A stretch of DNA of 64,000 bases from Eledone cirrhosa (taxonomy: Eukaryota). The stretch spans positions 34,410,001-34,474,000 of the forward strand of contig OZ024754.1 in the NCBI GenBank assembly GCA_964016885.1, read 5' to 3'. Below the pieces are notes generated by a model that saw nothing but the letters and a program-made list of their open reading frames with translations, had not been told where the DNA came from and did no database searches. A program made the position numbers and the translations under genes. Below, in pieces: positions 38,873 to 53,122 of the stretch (positions within the stretch are counted from its first letter, which is position 1; each line of letters starts with the position of its first letter).

Positions 38873-39404
38873 GTATATATTATATATATGTATATAAATT
38901 AATAAAGCAACTATATGTCCCACCCTTGCAAGCAGGGAAAAGCGGACGTAAAATGATGATGATGATGATGATGATAACAGTTGTCATGTTTCAATGACAT
39001 CATTGTTACAACTGAGGCGGCCTAATTATTGTTAAAATATATACCTTTTCCCACTTGAATAATTGGATAAAAAATTCCCATGCTGTGAAGAAGTCGTTTG
39101 CTAAGCTGATATTCTTCCATTTGTTGACACACAGCACCCGGTTTGAAAATCAAAATCAAGAAAAAAATAAATCAATAGAAACTAGATATAGTAAATAATA
39201 CTGATACAATTATACCGGTAAACATCAGGTTGTTTTACATTCTTTAAGGTCATAAGAAACTGAATATTGTAGTGAAATATATGTGAGATTTAGATGGGTA
39301 ACATGGTACAACTTTACAAATACATTTACACTCCAGCAATGCCATGGCCACAAAAAAAGCAAAAAAAGTCCACACCCTGTATGCTGATCCAGTGCCACAA
39401 CAAC

Positions 39405-39972
39405 AAAAGCACCCAGTCCATGCTGTTAAGGTAGTCATGCTGGCGACATGATAAAAAGTACCCAGTCCACTCTGTAAGTTGGTCAGGCTGCTGACTCCAC
39501 ATAAAGCACCCAGTCCATGCTGTTAAGGTAGTCATGCTGGTGACATGATAAAAAGTACCCAGTCCACTCTGTAAGTTGGTCAGGCTGCTGACTCCACATA
39601 AAGCACCCAGTCCATGCTGTTAAGGTAGTCATGCTGGTGACATGATAAAAAGTACCCAGTCCACTCTGTAAGTTGGTCAGGCTGCTGACTCCACATAAAG
39701 CACCCAGTCCATGCTGTTAAGGTAGTCATGCTGGTGACATGATAAAAAGTACCCAGTCCACTCTGTAAGTTGGTCAGGCTGCTGACTCCACATAAAGCAC
39801 TCAGTCCATGCTGTTAAGGTAGTCATGCTGGTGACATGATAAAAAGTACCCAGTCCACTCTGTAAGTTGGTCAGGCTGCTGACTCCACATAAAGCACCCA
39901 GTCCACCTTGTAAGGTGGTCGTGCTGATGACATGACAAAAAGTACCCAGTCCACCTTGAAAGGTGGTCTTGC
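39405..39972. repeat. 97-bp dimeric minisatellite derived from the SINE internal ~48-bp unit
   Basis: AAGCACCCAG recurs at 39504, 39601, 39698 and onward. Both halves start AAAG(C/T)ACCCAGTCCA. Confidence 0.9.
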
Positions 39973-40637
39973 TAACCTTGGCGGGATTTAGACTCAGTAC
40001 ATAAATGGATATAACTATATGCCGCAAAGCATGTTGTCTGACGCTCTACTGATTCTGCCAATCCACCACCCTCATGTCTTGTAATGATGAGATATTTTGT
40101 TTAAGCTTTGACTATAAATTTGAACACATTAAATTTTAACATCCTGTAATGATTTAACAGAAAATATCTAAAAGTGTGTTTGTCAATTCAAATGTTCATA
40201 GTTTCTTTACTAGGAGAGAAAGTTATAGTACTGCTTTTGTACTTTTTGAAAATGTTTTGCTGATGCAGTTTTATGTATCATGCAATGTTTAAGAGTTAAT
40301 AAAGGTCGTTTTTGGTACAGTTTGGCACTTAACCCATTATCATTTACATTACACTATATTTACTATTGTATTTTCATGGTAAAGGCTTTATCTCACTTAC
40401 TATTGAATCTATGAGATTTTTATATTATTTATTTTGAGAACAATACCTTAACATCAGTATGAGTGGCCAGTTATGGACAGTTTGAACAGAAAGAGGTGAG
40501 AAAATTCTGGTCGGTTTAAATGCTAAAGAGGTGAGAGAATACAGCCGGTTTAAATGTTAAAGGGTTAAAGGATTAAATCACAACTATTTTTTGTTATTTT
40601 ATTGTAAACTATATCTTCAATATATTTTCCTAAACAG

Positions 40638-40760
40638 GTGGTTTTATTTCTCGAGGAATCACAGAAATAGTTGGTGAAAGTGCATGTGGTAAGACACAAC
40701 TCTGTCTTCAACTTAGTTTGATGTGTCAATTGCCTGAAGAAGCTGGAGGATTGGCTGCTG
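40638..40760 (+). CDS. XRCC3: XRCC3 Walker-A exon
   Basis: ACAG| acceptor and |GTAGGT donor, 123 nt, phase 1-1. (G)GFISRGITEIVGESACGKTQLCLQLSLMCQLPEEAGGLAA(G) is in frame with the preceding exon. Confidence 0.92.
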
Positions 40761-43523
40761 GTAGGTAAAATTTATTACTTTTAACTCTTTTTTTATTATT
40801 ATGTTTCTAATGGCAGAATTGGTAGAGTGTTGGCCACCATGCTTCGTGGCATAGAGTTACAGCCCTTAACATTCTGAGTTCAAATCGCACTGAGGTTAGC
40901 TTTGCCTTTCATCCTTTCGCGTTCGATAAATAAAGCACCAGTAATGCACTGGGGTCGATTTAATCACCTTTCCCCTCCCTTTCAAATTGCTGGCCTTGTG
41001 CCTAAAGTAAAAACAATGATTATGTTTCTAATGAAAGTCACGACCTAATTTTCAAATCATTTTGAAAATAATTGGCATCTGGTAACCATGTGTGATTTCA
41101 TCTGTGGGGTCTGGTGTCACAATAAAATGGACTTGGTAGAGCACAGGATTGTATGTTGGTCCTGGAAGTGAGAAATTCCACTTGAGTACTGACCTGTCTG
41201 TGACAATGTGTCTACAAGCTCACCAGAATTAGTGCTACTTCTACCATAATCTCACTTGGTGACATGAAAAATGCACCCAGTACAGTTTGTAAGGTGGCTG
41301 GTTATAGGTGACCCAGCTGTAGAAACCATGCCAAAAAAAGGTCAAGAAGACTCTTCAGTTGTGTCTAGGGCACAACAACCTCAGTAGTATTGGTGACACT
41401 ATAAAATATAAAGGGATTGGTGATAGGAAGGGCTTCTAAACTTGCCAAATAAAGAATCAAGAGGATTCTTCAGTTGTGTCAAAAATATGACAGCCACCCT
41501 AATGCTGGTGCCATGATAAAATGTACCCAGCACACTCTGTTGTGTATCGAAATGTATGTAAGTGAGATTTAGACCCTGCCCCAGCTTTTCTGAGAGGTCA
41601 GTAGCTCTAACTACCATATATACTTGTATATAAGCTGAAAAATGTGTGACAAAAAAAATATTGATGGTAAAATTCAAGGTCAATATATTTTCTTGACGAT
41701 TTTCACCTTCAAATTCTTCGTAAATGAGGTGCTAAAATATCTGGTGTGATTGTTTTACAATGAAACACATGCACGCACACACATGCATGCACACACGGGC
41801 ACGCGCACACACACACACACATATAATGCGCACTGCTCTCGCCCTCTCTCTCTCACTCACTTTCTGTCTCTCTCTCTCGCCCCTGTCTCTCTCTCTCCCT
41901 GTCTCCCTCTCTTTCTCTCTCACTTGCTGTCTCTCCCTCTCTCTCGCCCCTGTCTCTCTGTCTCCCTCTCTTTCTCTCTCACTTGCTGTCTCTCCCTCTC
42001 TCTCGCCCCCTGTCTCTCTCTCACTTGCTGTCTCTCCCTCTCTCTGAATCCCTATACTATGTTCTCTTATTTGATCTTTTGCTTTCAACAACTCCAGCAT
42101 ATGATTGGTCAGAAGTAAAGAAAAATTTGAAAAACTTGTTGAAACTTTATAAAACGGATGAAATGGTAAACATTCATTACATATTATAGTTGTGGAACAA
42201 AAACAGTACTCTGAACAACACTTCAAATATTTTAAATATTAAAACTTCACAAATATATCCTCCAGTTATAAACATTTCAAAACCACAGTATCTAAACATA
42301 ATTTGCTGAATAGCTGCCTCGGCTTACACATGGGGTTTAGATTTTTGTCCATTTCTTAAACATGAAATAAGGGTCAAGTATATACAACTAGTACTGACTT
42401 TGTCTGCCACGACACAACCAACCTTTACTAGCCTGGAAAACAGATATTAAACAACAATGATGATGATGAAATATGGTGCTATTTTGGCTATTCTTATTAA
42501 TTAATTTATTAATTTATTTATTTAGATGAAATTAAGCCCAGTCTAATGCAACTCGTGTATTTATTAGTTGTTGTTATTATGCCAAAAAGCTACATCTGTT
42601 CCATGGTAGTTGGTGAATCATCAAACAAACATTACTACACTGGATAGCTAAATGATTTCGTTTCTCTAAGGTGAAGCCAATTTGTAAAAAAATTGTTTCT
42701 AGAAGAACGTACCCCCATCTTGAATAAACAACAATCTACATAACTGATTTTATTTTTATTTTTAATATTTTGTTTTTCCTTTCTTTCACTCAAAATTAAG
42801 ATCAGGTGGAAAAGAGAAGGAAAGAAAAAGCTTGTCTGATTCTGAAAATGTATACACAGTTTCAAAGGCATATTAGTATTTTGTAAAAAGAAAATTGCTT
42901 ATGCTACTTATATCTCCTTCATATTGTGTGTGTGTTTATTTATGTAAGTATCTATGTTCATAAACATACACTTGTGTATATGTGTTCATTTTAAAACACC
43001 ATCTGCATTCATCATACATAAACTTAGTTGCTTCCAACTTTCAGCTGTTCTGTAACACCCCCCTCTCTCTCTCCTCTTTCTCTTTCCTTTTCCCTCCTCC
43101 CTCCTCTTTGCCCTCTTCCCTATCCCCCTCTCTCTCCCCTCCCTCTATCATATATAACTTCTGAATAAATCCTTCATGATTAGTGTAAGACATTTAAAGA
43201 ACTGGAAGTAACAGAGCCTTGGAGGCTGTATTTATAGCTTAATACCACAAACAAGGAAGCAGACGAAGTTGTGGAAATATTTCTCAATCAGCCCTCTGAT
43301 CATATTTTCAACATTACCAGGGAAAGAAATCTTTTGCCAAACACACATATGAACTAAAACTTTTATGTTCATTACACCTTGCATCATGGTCTAATGACGT
43401 AAACTGGCCATAGAAATCCGTATTGTGTAATTATATACAACCAAAATCCCAGAACTTACAAATATATACAGCATACAAAAGATAGCATTGCTAAGCACTG
43501 TACACATATTACGAAAAGTACTA

Positions 43524-43760
43524 TTAACCCCTTAGCATTCACATTACTCGATATATACCATTATATTTTCATGGTAAAGGCTTTACTTCACATAATATCT
43601 CACATAATATCGAATCTACGAGATTTTGAAAGTACTTATTTTGAGAACAATACCTTAACATCAGTTTGAGTGACCAATTACAGCCAGTTTCAACAGAATG
43701 AGGTAGAGGATTCTGGCCGGTTTTGGCTGGTTTTGGCTTGTTTGAACATTAAAGGGTTAA
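43524..43760. mobile_element. piggyBac-type (TTAA) MITE
   Basis: TTAACCCCTTAGCATTC...GAACATTAAAGGGTTAA. Confidence 0.8.
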
Positions 43761-45039
43761 TACAATGGAAACTTCAGCAAAAACTACACTGCTGATAGTC
43801 AAGGCACATAGAGCTGTGCTCGGTAAAGCAGTAATGATGCACAATAAAAATGATAATGGAAATAATAATGATGATGATAATTATATAATTGCTTTAATCA
43901 TATTCTGGTTAAAGAAATTGCAGCCATTTCTTATTTTAAGATGTCCAGGGAAATAGCTATGTAATGAAACTTGTAAATCTTTTCCTACTTTGCCCCTATA
44001 ATCAAATGACCTGGACCTTAATTTTTCTTTGTGTTTCCCTCCTCTCTATTGTTCAGGATTGACAAATTGACAACTTCTTTTGTCTGACCCCTATCTGCCT
44101 CACCCACCCACCCATCCTCTCTCTCTACACACACACACACATTGTTTTGGATAATTATTTAGGCTTCCTACTGTTTATTTGACTTCCTCTAAACTATTCC
44201 CTATTTCTTCTTTATACTCCACTCAACCAGTAAGCGTCCTTGGTGGTCCCTACTTCCTCTTCACACTCCACTCAACCAGTAAACGTCCTTGGTGGTTACT
44301 ATTAGCATATAGTGGCTTCAGGGTTAAGTACCTCCTCCTGTTGCATGGGAAACAGAATTAAGCTGTCAATTTGTCGTCATTGTTGTTGTTGTTGCTGCTG
44401 CTGCTGTTTTTGTTCCTGCTGTTGCTACTATTGATGTTGTTATTTAGCCTCGGGTTGATCCTGAGTGAGAAGATTTATCAAATGCATACAAATAGTAACT
44501 ATCTTGTCATCTTGTTTTAAACCTTTTTGTTACCAAACCATCCAAATCAAGCAGGTAAAGTTAAAAAAGGAAGCCTAGCTCTCGGTTATATTTTCCAAAA
44601 GGTGTGCAGGGCTCATCTCAAACTGTTAAGCTAAATACTAGTAGAAAGCACCTCTCTGGTGGCTATCGCAAAAGATGTTGTGATGGGCAAGGCTGAATGG
44701 ACTGAAGACTGATAACTTTCCTCTTCAGTCAAGCCCTCATTGACGTTTTCAAGTTTCACTTGGAAATGAAGTTAGGGGTGAAGAAAGAGTTGATCTACCT
44801 GTAAATTCATCAAAGGTGGGTAAAGTAGCAAGGTGGAATGCTTTTACTCTTAACATGTGCCTGTAGGTTTTAGAATGGTAATTAGTCGATGGGAACTTGC
44901 CTTTGGTAGTCAGGGTGATTGTGGATCTGTTGGGGTTCTCTGATTGGCCTGAGGTGGAGGGTCTCTTGTTTCAGGAAGACTAAATATCTTATTTATATAT
45001 TATATATCCAGTAGTAGCATTACTTGATAAAGTCTGTAA

Positions 45040-45245
45040 CTCAGAGATAAAAGGGTCACTCCAGGTAGAGCTGCTACTTCTCCAAATTGAGAAATCACAG
45101 CTCCGATATTATGGGCATGTGATTAGAATGTCTCAAGAAGAAATCGCTGGACAGATTTTCCAGGCAAAACCAACCAGCAAGAGACCCAGGGGTAGATCCT
45201 GAGCAAGATGACTGGATTACATCCATAAGCTTGGCAGGTCACCTT
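45040..45245 (+). mobile_element. RTE LINE 3' fragment
   Basis: LLLLQIEKSQLRYYGHVIRMSQEEIAGQIFQAKPTSKRPRGRS*AR*LDYI. A related minus-strand piece is at about 24430-24570. Confidence 0.75.
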
Positions 45246-45322
45246 GTTGCTTAGAGTAAATAGGAATTTCTAGGTGGATTGTTTCTTTCTTTTTCCTCTG
45301 TGTATGTGTGGAATATTTTCGT

Positions 45323-45487
45323 CATGGGCAGAGGTGGTGAGAGCAGACCTCAGATCGCTGATGCTCACGGAGGAGATGACGAAGGACCGTGATAAGTGGA
45401 GAGATGCTGTGCTGAATAGGACCCGTCCCACCCTTGCAAGCAGGGAAAAGCGGACATAAAATAATGATGATGATGATGATGATGATG
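45323..45487 (+). mobile_element. RTE LINE extreme 3' end with (GAT)n tail
   Basis: WAEVVRADLRSLMLTEEMTKDRDKWRDAVLNRTRPTLASREKRT* followed by (TGA)n. Confidence 0.85.
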
Positions 45488-46809
45488 TGTGTATGTGTGG
45501 AATATTTTACTATGTGTATCATCATCACCGTTTTACGTCTGTTCTTCCACGCTAGCATGGGTTAGACGGGTTGTCCTGTTGTGGGCAATGTCCGGTCGGC
45601 TGACCATGCATTGCTCATACGGGGACTGTGTATGTATGTGTGTGTGTGTGTGGAATATTTTCCTTTTTTTTTTAATTCAGCATTTAACCAATTTTCTAAT
45701 CAGATTATAAATAATAAATATTTTAAATTTTATCTCAAAACTTTTTTTTTGTGAATTGGGGGGGGGGGTCTCTAAATTTTCCCTCATACATATGCACATG
45801 TATGCATGCACACCCACATACACACATGTTTACATACACACACGTGTAAACACACACATACACACATGTTTGCATGCAAACACATCTGTACACATACACA
45901 CACATCCATACACACTCTCACGTGCACACACACATCCCTAACTGCTATTTGTTGCTATGTTAGATCAACTTAGTGTTGTCATTATGCAGTAATTACAGAG
46001 AAATTTAGTTCATGTTTCTATTTGTTAAACTACAAACATTGATAACCAGGTGGACAACTGTAATAGTGTGTGGGGGGGGGGTGACGGTGGTAATGGTAAG
46101 GTAGCAGTGGTTGGTTAAGGTGATAGTGGTGACGGTGGGGTACTGGTTGTGTGTGTGGGGGGGGGGGGGGGGGTAATAGTAAAATGGTGATGTTGGTAGT
46201 GGAGGGGTAGCAGTGTTGGTGCTATCACTAAGATAAAGGTTCAAAAAAGTGCTTTTTACAATTTTAACCAATTTGTTCAGGATGAAAGGTGTTTGTGAAC
46301 CAAGGTCCCACTGTATATATATTAGCTGAATCACCCGGTGTTGCCTGGGTTACTACTGTTCTTATTCATATTAGTAAACAATGAATATGAAGATTTTTCT
46401 TTTCTCATGATTATTTCAAAATATCTATATTTTATTAAATAAATATCAAAATTGTAATGATAATAGAATTTAGAAATGAAAATCTGTCAATCTTGAAGCA
46501 CCCCAGGGTAAATAATATTCATTGTGTAATTTTTTGTTGGTGCCCAAATGAATAAATTGTTGCTGCTTCCAACTCGTGAGCAACCAACATAGAGTTGACC
46601 GTGGGAGAAACATGTAGTAGGGAGATCAAGTCCAACTACCTTGAGGGATTGACCCTAAGATTTTACACTCTGCACACTACAGCCATAACACTGGAATACA
46701 ACCCAAATGAAATGGTCCTTGTAACAGCATGGAGTGCTTCAAACAACACTCTGCCTGTAACTGTTGTTACACACCTAGCATATAAATATATATATATATA
46801 TATTATCTA

Positions 46810-47615
46810 CTCTCACCTTACTAACATCTCTATACATGGCTTGCACTGCTCTCACAAGCCCTTCTTCTACACCTAATTTCCTTTTGGACCACCAGGTGGC
46901 AGATCATGGTTCTTGGTCAAAAGCCTTCTCTAGATCAACAAAACCTAAATATAATTGTTTCTACTTTAGGCACAAGGCCAGCAATTACCCAGTACATTAC
47001 TGGTACTTTATTTTATCGACCCCGTAAGGAACTTTTCTTGTAGTTGTCTCACAAAAAAGAGGGCTTCTGTAGTACTCCTCTCTGGTGCAAAACCAAACTG
47101 TATCTCATCTAGTTTGATTCTTTCCGTAATTAGTTGTGCTAGAACTCTTTCTGTCACTTTCATTACTTGGTCCATTAGTTTTATGCCCCTGTAATTGCTC
47201 CTTTCTCAATAATCACTTTTTTCTTTGTAATAATTAATGGGTATACTACTACACTAGTTATTGGATATGTCTCCATCTTGTATTACCTGATTGATAGTGT
47301 GGGGCACTAATTCAACTTCTACTTCATCAGCAACTATGTCTGATGAACCGGCAGCTTTACCATTTAATATTTTCTTAGTGGCTTCTTTGTAATCCTCGTA
47401 AATATCATTTTCAATAGTTGGTCCCTCTATTCAGTCAGCTAAGAGTAGCCTCTCTTCCTCTCTGTCAGTCTCCACACTCATGAACTTCTTTTAATAGCAT
47501 TTCCAGGTCTCTTTCTTTTGAACAGTGATAAGTGCACCGGTGTCATTTTGAACACACTTTTCCTCAACAATGTCCTGGCTTTCTCAGACACACTGCTTGG
47601 TGACACGAAACACCA
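46810..47615 (-). mobile_element. Degenerate RTE ORF2 fragment with a partial SINE insert
   Basis: The reverse strand reads ENQDIVEEKCVQNDTG...NGKAAGSS...SNYRGIKLMDQVMKV...DEIQFGFAPERSTTEALFFVRQLQEK..FVDLEKAFD. Confidence 0.8.
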
Positions 47616-47657
47616 CACAGAGACTCACAGGCAATGATTTTAATTAAAATCTGGTAA

Positions 47658-48040
47658 TCATCATCATCATCACCGTTTTACGTCCGTTCTTCCACGCTAG
47701 CATGGGTTAGACAGGTTGTCCTGTTGTGGGCAGTGTCTGGTCGGCTGACCATGCCTTGCTCATACAGGAACTGATTTGGCTTGATTTCTACAGCTGGATG
47801 CCCTTCCTAACACCAACCTCATTTACAGTGAGTCATCATCATCATCACCGTTTTACGTCCGTTCTTCCACGCTAGCATGGGTTAGACGGGTTGTCCTGTT
47901 GTGGGCAGTGTCTGGTCGGCTGACCATGCCTTGCTCATACAGGAACTGATTTGGGCTTGATTTCTACAGCTGGATGCCCTTCCTAACACCAACCTCATTT
48001 ACAGTGAGTGCTGGGTGCTTTTTCGTGGCGCCTACACGTC
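47658..48040 (-). repeat. Tandem duplication (175-bp period) of the SINE/RTE-tail segment
   Basis: CACCGTTTTACGTCCG at 47671 and 47846, with near-identical units. Confidence 0.85.
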
Positions 48041-48808
48041 AGCTTCTACCCATGGGAGGTCGGGTACTCTGTATTACTGCAATATTTTATTAATATTGGT
48101 AATATTTTATTAATACTGGTAATATTTTATTAATATTGGATTATAGGGATTATCCATCAAATATTGTAGGGGTTCCATGATTTTTTTTAAGGAATCGTAC
48201 AAAGGTTCTGAAAGCAAATAACTTTGAGAACCACTTCCTCTAATATTTTCATTCATTCATTCATTTATTTATTTGTTTGTTTGTTTGTTCTTCCTTTACT
48301 TTCTTTACTTTATTTCAGTTCTCTCTTTTCCTGCTGTGACATCTGTTTTGTTGTTTTTGTTGTGGTGGTGGTGGTGGTGGTGGTGGTGGTGGTGGTGGTG
48401 GTGGTGGTGGTGGTGGTGGTGGTTGTTGATTCAGTTTTTTGTGCCCTTTTGGGGGTGGGTGGGGGGTTAAACTTAGTCATCTTCTGTGGTGGTGGTTGGC
48501 TAGATAAGGGAGTATACTGAGTGATGGAAGGGTGTTGCTAATCTTTGATCTTTTTTCATTTTTTTTTTAAATATAAATTTTCGGGGTGGTAGAAGTGGTG
48601 GTGGTAACAATGATTGTGGTGATAGCAGTAGTGTTGATTATAGTGGCATTAGGGGTCATGGTGTTGAGTGAACAAAATAACCCCTTTTAATCTTATTACA
48701 GATTGGGTCAATGTTTCATATATATATATAAACCATATGTGTATATATATATAAACCATATGTGTATATATATATAAACCATATGTGTATATATATATAT
48801 AAACCATA

Positions 48809-48850
<42 letters not shown>

Positions 48851-49117
48851 CCATATGTGTATATATATATGTGTGTGTGTGTGTTATTTTAGTTCCACAA
48901 AACTTCCAGCCCACAGTAAATTTGGTTGGTTTTCGCTTCTGCATCTTTTATATCTCCGTAGTTAATTAATTTGGCCATCAATGTTTAACATTGATATTAG
49001 TGGCATGGGCAGGGGAGACCAGTATGCATGGGCGACGGCTGGTCTTCCACAAAGGAACCTTGCCCAGACTTTGTGCCTCAGAGGGGAACTTTCTAGGTGC
49101 AAATCCCATAGTCATTT

Positions 49118-50050
49118 GTGACACCAGCATTACCAGTTTACCAAGTGTACTGGTACATGTTTTTGTGGCTCCAGCACTACCACTTTACAGAGTGTACTGG
49201 GTGCATGTTTTTGTGGCACCAGCACTACCACTTTACAGAGTGTACTGGGTGCATGTTTTTGTGGCACCAGCACTACCACTTTACAGAGTGTACTGGGTGT
49301 ATGTTTTTGTGACACCAGCATTACCACTTTACAGAGTGTACTGGGTGCATGTTTTTGTGGCACCAGCACTACCACTTTACAGAGTGTACTGGGTGCATGT
49401 TTTTTGTGGCACCAGCACTACCACTTTACAGAGTGTACTGGGTGCATGTTTTTTGTGGCACCAGCACTACCACTTTACAGAGTGTACTGGGTGCATGTTT
49501 TTGTGGCACCAGCACTACCACTTTACAGAGTGTACTGGGTGCATGTTTTTTGTGGCACCAGCACTACCACTTTACAGAGTGTACTGGGTGCATGTTTTTT
49601 GTGGCACCAGCACTACCACTTTACAGAGTGTACTGGGTGCATGTTTTTGTGGCACCAGCACTACCACTTTACAGAGTGTACTGGGTGCATGTTTTTGTGG
49701 CACCAGCACTACCACTTTACAGAGTGTACTGGGTGTATGTTTTTGTGGCACCAGCACTACCACTTTACAGAGTGTACTGGGTGCATGTTTTTGTGGCACC
49801 AGCACTACCACTTTACAGAGTGTACTGGGTGCATGTTTTTGTGGCACCAGCACTACCACTTTACAGAGTGTACTGGGTGCATGTTTTTGTGGCACCAGCA
49901 CTACCACTTTACAGAGTGTACTGGGTGTATGTTTTTGTGGCACCAGCACTACCACTTTACAGAGTGTACTGGGTGCATGTTTTTGTGGCACCAGCACTAC
50001 CACTTTACAGAGTGTACTGGGTGTATGTTTTTGTGGCACCAGCACTATCA
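49118..50050. repeat. 48/49-bp minisatellite, about 19 copies, SINE-derived
   Basis: (GTGGCACCAGCACTACCACTTTACAGAGTGTACTGGGTGCATGTTTTT)n, with no spacers. Confidence 0.93.
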
Positions 50051-50473
50051 TTTTCAGAGTGGATTGAATGAAACAAAAATTATTTTAAAGAGGAAATTTA
50101 TTCATTAAAAAAAAACATAATGGATTTTATTGAATATTACTGACATCTTGTCTCACAAAACCCACCCAATATATTTTTACAGAAATCCTTTTGGAAAATG
50201 CTGTCCTCAACCATCTTATCTTAACCCTGTCTTGTGGATGCTACATTGTAGAATGGCTAAAAAGCTTGGTCTCATTGCATAGCATCTTATACAAGTCTCA
50301 TTTATTATAACCTTGGGTGGTGGATTAGCAGTATTGGTAGGGCGTTATGTCTCTTTATGCCCTGGGTTCAAATCCTGCCGAGTTGAGAAGAGAAACCATT
50401 TGCCTTCTGACAATCTGAGTTTTGTAAATGAAATTGAGTCGACGGAGACTGCTTCGAAGCCCATCGGATTGAC

Positions 50474-50893
50474 GCATGGCTTAGTGGTTAGAGCATTGGC
50501 CTTGCAATCGAAAAGTTGTGAGTTCAATTCTCAGACCGGGTGATGTGTTGTTTCCTTGAGCAAGACGCTTTATTTCACATTGCTCCAGTTTACTCAGCTG
50601 TAGAAATGAGATGATAGCGACTGGGGTCTCTATCATTCCACTGCAAAGGGGTTGTGGGGGTGCCACGGCAAAAAAGCACCCAGCCCACACTGTAAAGTGG
50701 TCGTGGAGGCGCCACGGCAAAAAAGCACCCAGCACTCACTGTAAATGAGATTGGTGTTAGGAAGGGCATCCAGCTGTAGAAATCAAGCTAGAATCAGTTT
50801 CCATATGAGCAAGACAAGGTCAGCCTACCGAACACTGCTCACAACAGGACAATCCGTCTAAGAACGGACATAAAACGGTGATGATGATGATGA
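50474..50893 (+). mobile_element. Full-length tRNA/CORE-like SINE (family B)
   Basis: A-box TGGCTTAGTGGTT, B-box GAGTTCAATTC, core TCCTTGAGCAAGAC..CTCCAGTTTACTCAGCTGTAGAAATG, two internal ~48-bp repeats, and a (GAT)n tail. Confidence 0.8.
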
Positions 50894-53122
50894 AACAGCC
50901 AATCTTGTCACACGAAATCTCCCTGATAATTATATTATAGACAAATGTGTTTCTGGAATGCTCTGCCACTTACATGTTAATTTCATCAACAGGTTCTGGT
51001 TCTATTTATTGAACAATTAAAACACTTATCATCATTGCCACTGATGGAGATCCATTCTATTTCCTTTTTTTTTTTTTTCTCACCCAATGACACTCTCTAT
51101 TATCCTGCCACTCACCCTCTCTTTCCTTATCACACACAATCTCTCTTTCTCTATTTCACTCTATCACTCACTCTATCTTTCATGTTTCATACACACTCTC
51201 TCTCTCTCTCTCTTACACTCTATCACTCTTTCTACTCTCTCCCCCACCCTCTACTCCTCTCTCACTCTCTCTACATCACCTCTCTCATTCTCTCTTCATC
51301 CCCCTCTCTCACTCTTCCTCCCCTCTCTCTACTTCTCTCTCTTCAGTCCCCTCTCTCTCTGCCCCCCCCCCCCTCTACTCCTCTCTCACTCTCTCTACCT
51401 CCCCTCCCTCTCTCACTTTCTGTCCCCTCTCTATATCCCCTCTCTCTCTCTCTCTTCACCACCCTCTCACTCTTCCTCACCCTCTCTACTTCTTTCTCTT
51501 CACCACCACCCCTCTTCCACTCTCCCCCTTCTCTACTTCTCTCTCTTCAACCCCCTCTCTTTCACTCTCTCCCCCCCCCTCTCTGTCGTCCCACTAGAAT
51601 CTACCATTCTACCATTGTCACTGCATTCTGTTGAAGTGCAGTCGTGTCTAGGTGTGCAGCAGGTAAAAACTGCTGCAACTAACTCCACCTCCCCACGCCA
51701 CCCAGGCACCCCCCTCATCACGCACACACATACATGTTGACATAAAAACATCACACACATACACCCACTTACACATATAGACATAAATACGTCACACATA
51801 CCCTAACACACACATACAGATGCACACACATGCACATTACAGAAATACACTCACTATTGCACACACCCACACACATATACATTACATACACACCCACACA
51901 TTTATACACACATACGCACACACATTACTGCCATATACACCCACACACATACAAACATGCACACACTTAGACATACACACTCACGCCCACACATTACAGA
52001 TATACACACCCACACATATGTACATACACACACTCACACCCACACATACATACTCACACCCACACATACATACTCACATTACAAACACACCCACACATGT
52101 ACATACACATGCACACATACACCCACATATATACATACTCACATTACAAACACACCCACACATGTACATACACATACACATGCACACACACTCACACCCA
52201 CACATACAGACATACACACACACATATATACATATTCACATTAAAAACACACACACACACATATACATACTCACATTACATACACACACACACATATACA
52301 TACAGACATATACACACTATCGTGTTATATCATTGTAAAATATTGATTTCCAATTAGTTCCATTTGCTATTTAAAGAACTTATTGCTGCTGTTGTTGTTG
52401 TTGTGGTGGTTGTGGTGGTGATGATGGCGGTGATGGTTGTGGTGGTGGTGGCGGTGATGGTTGTGGTGGTGGTGGTGTTTGTGATGGTGGTTGTTGTCAT
52501 GGTGATGGTGGTGGTGGTTGTGATGGTTGTGGTGGTGGTGGTGTTTGTGATGGTTGTGGTGGTGGTTGTTGTGATGGTTGTGGTGGTGGTTGTTGTGATG
52601 GTGATGGTGGTGGTTGTTGTTGTGATGGTCCTGACGGTGGTGGTGGTTGTGATGGTGGTAGTGGTGGTGGTTGTGATGGTAGTGGTGGTGGTGGTTGTGG
52701 TTGTGATGGTGGTAGTGGTGGTGGTGGTTGTTGTGATGGTGGTGGTTGTGATGGTGGTGGTTGTGATGATGGTATTGGTGGTGGTTCTTGTGATGGCAGT
52801 TGTGGTGGTGGTGGTGGTGGTGGAGACTGGTTGCTGTTGCAGTTCTTGCTGTTGTTTTTGTTCTGGTTATTGTTGTAGTTTTCTTTGATGTTGTTATCAT
52901 TGTCACTTTCAAATTAAATGCAGTCATCCAGGAATGGCTTCCTGTGGGTATGAGGGGAGGGGGGGGGGGCTCTCTCATCTCACACACACACACTGAAGAG
53001 AGAAAAATATAGTATATTTGATCTGATCTAAATATATATATATATCAGATAGGGTGTGGTAAAAACCAGTTGGACCATAACCCACCAGAGTACTCAATAC
53101 TTGGGGTAGTAGAGTGGGTGAT

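Noticed and set aside
39405-39972. Repeat-spacer-like pattern
   Set aside because: The apparent spacers are identical between units, so this is a dimeric minisatellite.
49118-50050. CRISPR-like array and the long ORFs 48991-50067, 49349-50071 and 49404-50108
   Set aside because: The units are contiguous with no unique spacers or cas genes. The ORFs arise from a stop-free 48-bp repeat.
51035-52993. Long Ser/Leu/Pro, His/Thr and poly-Val/His ORFs
   Set aside because: They are translations of CT-, CA- and GTG/GAT-rich simple repeats.
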